NCBI RefSeq assembly: GCF_009914755.1 | Contig: NC_060945.1 | Length of the DNA: 64,000 nt | Strand: one strand, 5' to 3' | Source: the human T2T-CHM13v2.0 reference genome, Homo sapiens | In this document: in pieces, positions 10,901 through 21,633 of the stretch | Position numbering within the stretch: position 1 is the first letter of the stretch | Layout: every line of letters starts with the position of its first letter | Translations under genes and position numbers: made by a program | Notes under the pieces: generated by a model | Seen by the model: the letters and a program-made list of their open reading frames with translations, nothing else | What the model was told of the DNA's origin: nothing | Databases searched by the model: none

Positions 10901-13900
10901 GGTTGTGCTCATTTTTGAGGATAACTTTTATTGTCACCAGAGTGTGCATGAGTGTTAGAATCTCACCTGTTTGCTGGGCCCTGTTAGGACACTATGTACC
11001 TCCTGTGGGCCTTGTAGAGTATGCATTAAACATAATACACTCTGAGGTCTTCATGCTGATATGAACCTATGATCATACCTGTGGCCATAAGCCCAGGTAT
11101 GAGAGTCAACATCTCTCCAGCTGGCTGGATCCAGATAAGAGGATCTTTACTTGGCTGTAAACTGGGTTCAGAAATAAGTCACTATCCCAACTGTGACTGG
11201 ATGTTCACATGTGATAGTTACAATTCCCGCTGTGGACGGCACTCAGGTATGAGGTTTAGACCTCCCTAATCACCTCTGTTCCTGTGTAGGAATGACAATT
11301 CTGATGATTGGTGGGTGTGCACACAGAGAACACAATCTCACCTGTGTTCTGGGCCCTGTGATGACACTGTACCATCTGAGTGCTTTACAGGATATGCAAG
11401 AGTGCTTATTTTCTCTGACCTTCATAGTAAGAGAAGACCCATAATTTTGCACATTTTGTAAAGCCTGGATATGAGACAAAGTATCTCTCCTATTGGTTGG
11501 TTTAAGGTATGAATGTCATCATCACACCTACATGCTAGGCCAAAATATATGTGACAATCTCACATTTGAGTAGTCAGCAAGCAGGAGGGTCTCATCACCT
11601 GGGTCATTGTCAGGGATATGTCACATTCTCCCCTGAGGACAGGGACAAGGCAAGAAAGTCACATCCCTAGGTATTCTGCCAGGGATATGTTCTTGTTCCC
11701 TCCTGAAAGCATGACACATGCAGCAGAGTCACCTCACCTGGGTTCTGGGTCCAGCGATATGTCACAATTTTCCCTGTGAGCAAGGCACAGGCAGGAGAAA
11801 CACATCACCTGTTTGCTGGGCCCAGAAATATGCTACAGTTTTTCTTGTGAGCAGGGCTCAGGCAGAAATGGGGGAATCACATTTTCTAGGTGATAAATGC
11901 AGAGCTATGTCACAAGGTCCCCAGTAGTCAGGGCCTTGGCAGAAGATTCCTATTGTCTAGGCGATTGGCCCAGTGATACAACACAATAGCTAAATTATGC
12001 AGGGCCCAAGGCAAAGAGGAGAGTTGCATCACCTAAGTGATGAACAAAAAGATATGTCATAATACCCAGGTGGAAATGGGCCATGCAGGTAAGTCACACT
12101 ACCTAGGTGTTGGACCCAGTGATATGTCACAATACACAATATATGCAGGGCCCAGCCAAGAGGGGAGAGTCAAATCACCCAGGTGCTGGGCCCGATGATA
12201 CATTGTAATCTGTCTTTGGTCAGAGCCCTAGCAGTAGAAGAAACTCACATCACCTCCATGCTGAGGTCAGCCATATGTCACAATAACCCTGAGAAATGAG
12301 CCCAGGAAAAGAGTCACATCATTTAAGTGAGAGGCCCATAGATATTTTCAATTCCTCCTGTGGGTAGTCCTCAGTAAAAAGACAGTCACATTAGTTAGAG
12401 TCTGTCCCCAGCGATGTGTAAGAATCCCAGCTGTGAACAGGCACCAGACAGGACAAGAGAGTCCCATCACCTGGGTGAACAGTGCACAGATATGTCACAA
12501 TGACCCCATGTAGGTAAAGTCTAGACAAGAGTTACATCACCTGGGTGTTGGACCCAGCAATATGTCACAATGGCTCATGTGGGCAAAGCACAGGACACAG
12601 TCATATAACAAAGTGCCAGGACCAGTGTTAGGTCAGGATACCCTTTATGGGCAGTGCCAAGACAGGAGATTAGAAGCATATTAATTAGATGCTGGATTCA
12701 AGGATATATCACAATCTCATCTGTGGGCTACACCCAGGCAAAAAAGTCAAATCACTCAGGAGCTGGCTAGAGGTGTACGTCAGAATCACACCTGCAGGAA
12801 GGTCCATGGATGAGATTAACAATCCCTCATAAGTGCCAGTTCTGGATATGAGAGTGAACGCCTCCTGTATGTTGTATCTATGTGCATAAGTCACAATCTC
12901 AATGGAGGAATGGGTTTTTTCCATGAGAGCCTTAATCCCTTTTGAAAACTGAGTTATCTTAGTGGACTCACAGCCTCACAAGTGTTTTGGATCTTGGTCA
13001 GGGAGTCACAAACCCACTTAAGGACAACATCCACTTATTAGAGCCAATTTTCCAACTTTTGACTGCCTCTGGGTGTGAGTTTCAGAACCTCAATTATGGT
13101 CCATGTTCGTGTGGGAGAATGACAATTTTGACAGATGGCTGGGCTCAGGCAGGAGCCTTTCATCCTGCAGGTGTTGAGACAAAGGATATGATACAACACC
13201 TAAAATATGCTGGGTGCAGGCAAAAGAGGAGACTCATATTAGCTGGTTGCTAGGTCCAGTTATATGTCACCACCTCCCTTTTTGGCAGGGCTAAGGAAAA
13301 AGAGGAGAGTCAGAGCTAAAGAAATGTCATAATGTCCCTGCGGGTAGGGCCTATGCATGAGAGTTGCAACACCTAGTCATTGAACCCAGCCATATATTAT
13401 AATACACAATGTATACAAGGCCCAGGCAAGAAAGGAGAGAATATCACATAGGTACTGTGTCCAGCAATATGTCACCATACCCCCCAGAGGGGAGGCTCCA
13501 GGCAACAGGATAACATTACCTAAGTGAAGTGCCCAGAGAGATGTTTCAATGACCCTGGTGGGTAGGATTTTGAAAAAAGAGAAGTTACAGAACCTAGGGG
13601 CTAGGCCTAGCTATGTATCACATTCATCTCCAAGATGGAGCCCAGATATGGGAGAAAAGTCACATGATGTAGGTACTGGGCAAAGTAATATGTCACAATC
13701 CTTATGTGAGCCGGCCATAGGAAGAAGTAGAGAGTCACATAGTCTAGATGATGGGCCCAGAGGCATTTGACAATGACTCCTGTAGGTAGGGACCAGGCAG
13801 AAGAATCACATCACCCCTGTGCTGTTCCCAGTTATAAGTCACACTTCCTTCTGTGGGCATGCCCCAGGCAAGGAGAGGAGTCACATCATCCCGGTGCTAG

Positions 13901-15667
13901 ACCCAGGGTTATGTCACAATCTGTCTTATGGGCAATGCTCAGGTAAGAGAGGAGAGTTGCATCAAATAGATGATGGACCCAGAGGTATGTCACGATGCCT
14001 TCTGTGAACTCGATCCAGGCAGAAGATTCACATCATCAACTTGGTGCTAAGCCCAGCAACGTCTCACAATCCCTTCTGTGTAAAGGGACCAGGCAGGAGA
14101 AGAGAATCACATTACCAGGCTGATGAGCACAGAGATATGTCACAATGCCCCTGTAAGGCAGGGCCCAGGCTGTTGGGTTACATAACCTGAGTAGTGGACC
14201 CAGCAATATAACACAGTGTCCCATATGGGCAGTGCACAAGCCGGAGAGTCACATAACCTGGATGCGAGGCCAAGCTATATATAGCAACGCTTCCTGAGGG
14301 CAGCGCCAAGGCAGAAGAGGAGACTCACATCTCCGGGTGCAAGGTCTAGCGATATGTCAAAATGCTCACTGTGGGCAGTGCCAAGGAAGGAGAATAGAGT
14401 TACACCCTCAATGTGCTGGATCCAGCAATATGTTAATATCCCATCTGTGGGCTGGGTCCATGTGAGACCATCAAGTCACTCAGGTGCTAGGCACCGGCAA
14501 ATTTCACCATGAAAGCTGCAGAATGGTCCAGGAATTAGATTAACAATCCCACAACTGTCTCAGTTGTAGGCATGACATTCAACACCTCCTGTATGTTGGG
14601 TCTAAGCTCACGAATAACCCTCTCAACACCAGACTGGATTTGTGCATGAGAGTCTCAATTCCTCTGCAGACTGACCTGTGTTCCCGTGAGAGGATGACAA
14701 TAGTTACTGTTGGCTGGGTGTGCATATGAGTGTCACAATCTCACCTGTGTGCTCGGCCCAGTTAGCACGCTCTGTGTACTACCCAATGGCCCTATACACT
14801 ATGCATGAGAGTCGTAATCAACTTTGACACCTTCCTAATGGTAGGGACCCATGATCGTACTTGTAGCATTAAGCCCGGTATGAGAGTCAACATCATTACA
14901 ATTAACTAGGTCAGGATAGGAGAGTCCTCCCTTGCCTATGAGCTGAGTTTAGATGTGGGCCACCATTTCAACTCTGGTTGAATGTTTATATATGAACACG
15001 GGCCTAACACCGAGGTGATGTGAGTCTTTGGCCTAGACACTTCAAGCAGGAGGCAAAGTGACATATCTCTGGGTCTATCAACTATTTGATGTGACCTTCC
15101 TTTTTTACCTGAGCTTTCCCCATAAAAGAGATGTGACATATGTCTAGACAAAGCACCTGGGTGATGTGACTCTCCTTTATTGACTGAGCCCTGTGTATTT
15201 TGGGTATTCTGACGTATCCCTGGACCTAACTTCTGGAAGATAAGAAGATCCAACATGGGCCCTGCCTAAAAAGTTTCTTGTGACAAATTTCTACATGAAT
15301 CACCTTGGAGATTTGACTCTCCTCTCTTACCCGAGTTTTGCCCATAAGAGAGATTGTTACGTACCTCTGCAGCAAGCACCTAAATGCTGTGGCTCTTCTT
15401 TCTTGCCCGGGTCATGCCCACAGATGAAAGAGTGGCTTATCGCTGTGTCCAGCACACCGGTTATGTGATTATGCTGCCTGATCTCTGCTCACAGGAGCCA
15501 TTGTGACATATCCCTGGGGCCAGAAACTATTTAACACGATATCTTCAATGACCTTAACTTGTTGCCTGGGATAAGTTGTGACATATCTCTGGATCCAGCA
15601 CCTAGGTGATGCGACTCTCCTTTTCTGCATGGGCTATGCTTACAAGAAGGAGGCTGACTTATTGCTG

Positions 15668-16574
15668 TGTTGACAACTGATGTGATACCTCTGTTCTTGT
15701 CTTCTTAGTTTTTAAGAATTTAAACAAGAGACACAAGGAAAAAAAGTACAGCATAATTTATTGGAAAAGAAAATACTTGAAAATTAAGTGCAGATTACAG
15801 TACACCCTGAGAGAGATACTCCAGGGCGGGCTGCTCGTAAGAGTGAGACAGCGTGGACTGTCGCTGGAGAAACCCCCTTACGGGAGTTTTACATTATTAT
15901 TAATAAGGTGGAGGGAAGAGGAGTTGCTTATAAGCATGTTCTGAGTGATATTCTGGGTGCACATACGCAGTGACTATACATGCTTGTTCATATGTTGCAT
16001 GTCTCGTTAGCATCTTAGATCTCCACCCAGGAGTGTATTTCTGTTTGTTTGTTTGTTTGTTTGTTTGAGACAGAGTCTCCCCGTGTTGCCCAGGCTGGAG
16101 TGCAGTGGTGTGATCTCTGCTCACTGCAACCTCCGCCTCCTGAGTTCAAGCCATGCTCATGCCTCTGCCTCCAGAGTATCTGGGATTACAGGCATGCACC
16201 ACCATACCCTGCTAATTTTTGTATTTTTAGTTGAGACGAGATTTCACTATGTTGGCCAGTCTAGTCTCAAGCTTCTGGTTTGAAGTGATCCATCTTCCTC
16301 AGCCTCCCAAAGTGCTAGGAGTACAGTTATGAGCCACCTTGCCTGGCTAGGGCCTATATTTTTTGCTATTAAAATAAGCGAAAGTTAAGTTTGAGGACAG
16401 GTGAAATCAAAATGCACATGCTTTCTAGAACAGAAAGTCCTTAATGAGGATAACTTTGCTTGAATAAGCCCAATTACAATGCGAATGCTACGGCTTATTG
16501 TGTTGGCTGTACAGTCACCATGGTTTCTGTATCCTGAGATCATGGTCATTTTCTGTACTATCTATTCTGCCTCA
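15668..16574 (-). mobile_element. 3' LTR (contains Alu 16041-16348)
   Basis: Minus strand TG(16574)...CA(15668). Aligns by eye with 19010-19494 outside the Alu. Confidence 0.85.
16041..16348 (-). mobile_element. AluS with (TTTG)n tail inserted in the 3' LTR
   Basis: Full-length antisense Alu; absent from the paired 5' LTR. Confidence 0.92.
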
Positions 16575-16649
16575 ATTTCCCCCTAAGAGATTTTAGGGCA
16601 ATAATCATATTGGAGGTTGAGGGGTTAGGCCATTATTTCTGGAGCTGTT

Positions 16650-17300
16650 TCCTGCTGAGTGGGTGTTACTTCTGCCTAGCCTGGGCCTTAAAGTTTCTTC
16701 CTGTGTGATCTAACAGGGTGTAAACCATGTCGTTCGTGGAACCAGTGGGAAGATGTTGGCAACCAAAGGTTGAAAGCCTTGCAAAACCATCATGCAAACA
16801 TGGAGTTGCCGTAAGCAAGAGAGCAAGAAATCAGTTAACATTTTAAACAAAATTGGAACAAAACTAAAAGCTGAAAATATAATAATGACTGGTACTATTA
16901 AAGAGAGCAAGGCAGACAATGGACATCGCTTTCATGTTCCCATGGAAGTTCCTAGAGATTCAATTTTGTCTGCCTGGGTGATGATATTATTAATATTTTC
17001 TTCAACTAAACCAGACTGATTGATCTCAAAAACAGCATTCTTCTTTTAGATATAAACATGTTCCTCTTTACCCGGCTGGGAGAAGATCCCAGGCTCCTTG
17101 GTTTTGTCGGACTACAGTGGCCATGGAGTCCAGATGTTGTTGAAGTCTATTGAGGCCCTCTGCTGCTTGTTGGGGACCCATTGAGTTTTCCTGAGATAGT
17201 TTCTATTGGATTCCCGAGGCTCCACCTTATGGTGACATTTGTGCTGCAAAGGAATTCTGCATTGAAATGGTGAAAGCAGCAAAAGTTTTAAGTCTTTTCT
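16650..17300 (-). pseudogene. ERV env TM-subunit remnant
   Basis: Minus-strand translation LDSMATVVRQNQGAWDLLPAG*RGTCLYLKEECCF is a degenerate immunosuppressive domain plus CX6CC. Hydrophobic TM segment in ORF 16710..16919. Confidence 0.85.
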
Positions 17301-17379
17301 ATTTTTTGCCAATAAGCAAAAGTTTTCTGCAGCTACGTGGTCAGCAGTCATTGGGTCCATTTATGGATGGTGAAGTTGA

Positions 17380-18140
17380 ATGGCGGTCAAAGTTAGAGCC
17401 TGGAAGGCTTCAGTAAATGCGCTGAAGTTCTTTGGGAGCCATCAGAGCTGTTGCTTGCATTGGATTAGATCATTTATTGAGAAGAGAACAAGCACTCTGA
17501 TGGTCCTCTCTCCATTTGGGACTTTCTGTAAGGGGATCAAATTCTCTGGCCCTGCATGGGGTGAAGTTCCACCGCGAGTAACTACAGCTGGGCTGGTCAC
17601 TATTATACCTGGCAAAGGCTGATAGAGAGGAGCATAAGGAGGAGGTGAAACAAGCTTAGATTCTACAGAAGACTCTGATAGTGTGGGGATGCTGCGGATT
17701 CTACAGGAGGTGTAGGCCCCTGAGGGTCCCTATCTGGAGCTGGTGTTGGGCTGTTGGGTCTGGGGTCCCTTCCCCTTAATAAGAGATGATCTTCTAATGC
17801 TTCTGAGGGGCTTTGTGGCTTACTAGGCTTTAGCCCACAGGTGCTGCATAGAGCTGGGTTTTGTTGTCAGGCCATAAAGGTTTGCACATAGGATATTTCA
17901 GACCATTTTCCCTGATTTCTACAGAAAAGATCTAGCTGTAGGAGGGTGTTAAAGTTCACAGTCTCATTCCCCAGCCATGTTTTGTGAGCTAATCTGTATG
18001 CAAGCAAAATAGTATTACAAAAGAAGATAAGTTTTTTCTTTTCTTTTTTTTTTTTTTGGTTCATCTAGCCAAAAGCTGTTTCAATTTTTAAATATACATC
18101 CCAGGGGTGTTTCAATGACAGTAGAGGAAGCGGCTCCCAT
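17380..18140 (-). pseudogene. ERV gag remnant (matrix and start of capsid), HERV-H/F/W-like
   Basis: ATG at 18140 gives MGAASSTVIETPLGCIFKN*. ORF 17867..18064 reads KLIFFCNT...NTLLQLDLFCRNQGKWSEISYVQ. Capsid-like FTEAFQALTL near 17390-17420. Confidence 0.85.
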
Positions 18141-19009
18141 GGTGCCGACAGGATCTTGCAACGTCAGAATATGTACTAAAGTCCAGGAGGCCATGGGCAT
18201 CACAATGGGACAAGTGGAACCACCAAGGTGTCCAGCACAGCCCCTCGAGACCCCATTAACTGAAGCTCTAGGAGGTCATAGGCATGTGCCATACACCGTC
18301 CTATCTCTCACCAGCGCTGCACATCTCCAGCCCTGCCGAGATGACCCCCACTGCTGGCTGGGGGGCAGATGTCTGGCTGACAAGCCTTTCCCTAATTTAC
18401 TGGTTTGCAATTTATGATGCCGAATTATAACACCTGCAATGCTCAGATTCAAACCCCACGACCGGGCATCTACATGACTTTGAGTCGTTTGTTCAGCAAA
18501 GAAAACCTGTTGAAGAACAATTTCAAGGAGGTGGGAAATGCATAAAGCCTGAAGGGACAGGGTTCTCTTAATATTCCACTCAAAACAAAACAAGACAAAA
18601 CTGTAAACAGAAAACCCGATCAGAAAATAAAGTACAATAGCCACTAGGTGGCGATCGAGTATTGCCGAAGGGACAGCAAACGATAAGCTGAGTCTGAAGT
18701 GTGGCCAGAAAGATGTGAAACTAAGCAGCAAACTAGCCCGAATATGAAATGTTGAGAGCAACCCATGCGGTGAGTGTCATTTATGGATAGTACAGATGCA
18801 GCAGCCAAAAGGAGAGCAGACATATATTCTCTCTCTAGAGAATATAGGTGATTTAAACACGTTTCCCCCAGAACTTTAGTGAAACAGCGCTGGAACAACC
18901 AGCGATAGTTAACCAGGTAGTCTGGAAGTGCCATAGTATTCACTGCAAGAAAAGGGAAACTGAAATTAATGAAGCAGACAAACCTCTCTCCGGGCCATGG
19001 CAAAAGAAA

Positions 19010-19494
19010 TGTTGATGGCTGATGTAATACCTTGGTTCTTATCTTCTTAGCTTAAAAGAATTTAAACAGGAAACATGCAGCAAAAGAAGTACAGCATAGA
19101 GTAATTTATTGCACACAAAAAAGAAAAGAATACGTTGAAAATCAAGTGCAGAATAGACGGTACAGTCTGAGAAAGAGATTCCAGGGCAGCCTGCTCATAA
19201 GAGTGAGACAGCATTAATTGTTGCTGGAGAAACCCTCCTTCTGGGAGTTTTACATGATTATTCATAAGAAGGTGGAAAGAAGTGTTATAGAAGGCATGCT
19301 TTGAGTGGTCTTCTGGGTGCACATGTGCAGTAGCTGTACATATTTTTGCATATGTTTCATGTCTCATTAGCATGCAATGACATTTCACCCAGGAATGTGT
19401 TTTTACTTGTTAAAATGAGCAAAGGTTCAGCTTGAAGACAGATAAAATCAAAATGCACATGCTCTCTAGACGTAAAAGTCCCTACTGAAGATAG
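19010..19494 (-). mobile_element. 5' LTR, missing its first ~110 bp
   Basis: Homology to the 3' LTR stops after 'ctactgaagata' (~19492), while the 3' LTR continues to 16574. Confidence 0.8.
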
Positions 19495-21580
19495 TGGGTT
19501 TCAAACGACCCCAAGTGCTCCACAACTTAAAAGTCGCTCCCACGAACCTGGAACACTATCTGTTCCTGAGGGATCAGGTCCCATTTGTGTCTCTGAGACA
19601 CTGGCAAGTGAGGCACGACTTGGGATGAGACCGATGATTTTAATTGTAAAATGCCTAAATAGTCAGCAGCTTCAGGTTACATTTTGGAGCTTGTCCACTT
19701 AAATGGGTTGATGAAAATGGCTCACAAAACTCACGCCTTGGAAAGCGGGTTTTCTCCCTTGCTCTTAGATTTTCTGCAACCCATTAAACTAACTTCCTGA
19801 TGCCTCGACTTTCACATTCGTGAAAAAGGCGCCATTGAGAGTGACGTTTCCAGGAAGGCTCAGCCCTTGTCAGCCCCTGCAGAGCTCTGAAGCTGTTCAC
19901 AAGCAGGCCATGTGGAAGATTTCTCTCAAAAGCCATTGAGCACGCGCTCTGGCTAGAGAAAAAAGAGGGCTGCTGCACAATGGACAGTGTCTCAGACATC
20001 AGGACAGTTTCCACAGTAGTTTAGGAAAAAAGGCAGTGCCCTGAGCTGCAGAAGGTGCAATGCTCTGGAAGGAACCCTGGGTGCAGCTGAAAGAGGAACC
20101 TGAGAAGCATAGGGCCAATCGGGTGAGGATAACCCGCCTGATTTGGGCAAAGGTAAGGTGCCTACATAGGGTAATACCCTCCTCAATGCTCAGCCCAGAC
20201 CTGTCCTCCAGGTCCACCTCTGTACTCACTCTCTGTGGCAAAGAGTCGGCATAGCATAAGAACTCAGCAATGCTTTGGACACTGGGAAGTCCACACCGCT
20301 CTGTCCCTCCCTCCAGGTCTATGCACCCCGGATCCCGGTATATGCTGAGATTATGGTTCTGAAGCCCACCGACAAATAGGCTGAGAGCAGTTAACGGACT
20401 ACAGCTCCCAGCATATTAGGTGGGGCATGTACAACTTTGCCCCTTCTTCCAGGGCTATGCCTTACCCCGGAGACTGGCGCATGCTGGGATTGTAGTCCTG
20501 TAGCCATTTGACCAAAGGGCTGTTAGTGTTTATGAGAATACAACTCCCAGCAATCCTAGGGAGGAGCACACAGCCCCGCCTCTTCCCCCAGTGATACGCA
20601 TTGTCCCTGAGACAGGTGCATGCTAAGATTGTAGTCCTGAAGCTCTGCGACCAAAGGGCTGGGAGTGTTTATGAGCATATATCTCCCAGCAAGCCTAGGA
20701 AGACGCACACAGCCCCGCCTCTTTTTCCACTGACGCGGACTGTCCCTGACCCCAGTGCATACTGGGATGGTAGTCCTGCATCCCTGTGATGAAAGTTCTG
20801 GGAGTCTCTATGAAACTACCTCTCCCAGGAAGCAGAAGGAGGGGTCCACAGCCTAGCCTTTTCCTCCAGTAATGCGCACTGTCCCTGAGCTGGGTGCATG
20901 CTGGGATTGTAGTCCTGCAGCCCGGTGATGAAAGGTCTGGGAGTGTTTATGAGACTACATCTCCTACCAAGCCCAGGAGGTGCACACAACCCTGCCTCTT
21001 TCTCCAGTGACGCCAACTTTCCCTGAGCCCGGTGCATGCTAGGATTGTAGCGCTGCAGCCCTGTGACAAAAGGGCTGTGAGTGTTTATGAGACTGCATCT
21101 TCCACCAAGCCCAGAGAGGCGTGCAGAGCCTCGCCCCTTCCTCCACTGATTAGCGCATGCTCCCTCAGTCCCATGCATGCTAGGATTGTAGTGCTGCAGC
21201 CCTGTGACCAAAGGGCAGCCCAGTGACCAAAGGGCTAAGAGTGTGTGAGAATACATCTCCGAAAAAGCATAGCGAGAAGAGCACAGGTCCACTTCTTCCT
21301 CCACTGAGGCGCGCTCTCCCTGAGCACGGTGCATGCTGGGATTGTAGTCCTGAAGCCCTGTGACAAAAGGGCTGGGAGAAATAATGAGACTACATCTCCC
21401 AGAAAGCCCAGCGAGACGCATGTACCCCTTTCTCTTCCTCCATTGAGGCGAACTGTCCCGGTGCCCCGTGCATGCTGGAATTGTAGTCCTACAGCTATGT
21501 GATGAAAGGGCTGGGATTGGTTATCAGAATGCATCTCCCAGCAAGCCCAGCGAGGCACGCACAGCTCCACGTCTTCCTCC

Positions 21581-21584
<4 letters not shown>

Positions 21585-21630
<46 letters not shown>
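21585..21630. repeat. (AC)23 microsatellite inside an ACRO unit
   Basis: Seen directly. Confidence 0.97.

Positions 21631-21633
<3 letters not shown>

Larger units (their letters stand above)
3446..15667. repeat. Highly diverged beta satellite (Sau3A/BSR, ~68-70 bp) composite array
   Basis: Recurrent 'gagtcacatcacctgggtg...gatatgtcacaat'. 12465-12546 is close to the canonical 68-mer (CAGTGCAGAGATATGTCACAATGCCCCTGTAGGCAGAGCCTAGACAAGAGTTACATCACCTGGGT). Blocks ~3993-4912 and ~15000-15667 are in reverse orientation. Confidence 0.92.
15668..19494 (-). mobile_element. ERV1-class provirus, pol-deleted (LTR tentatively MER66-like)
   Basis: Two homologous LTRs (15668-16574 and 19010-19494), gag and env remnants, and a polypurine tract 'agggggaaat' immediately before the 3' LTR TGAGGCAG start on the minus strand. 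Confidence 0.85.

Noticed and set aside
16650-17300. Syncytin-like domesticated env
   Set aside because: No SU or signal peptide, in-frame stops flank CX6CC, and the immunosuppressive domain is degenerate.
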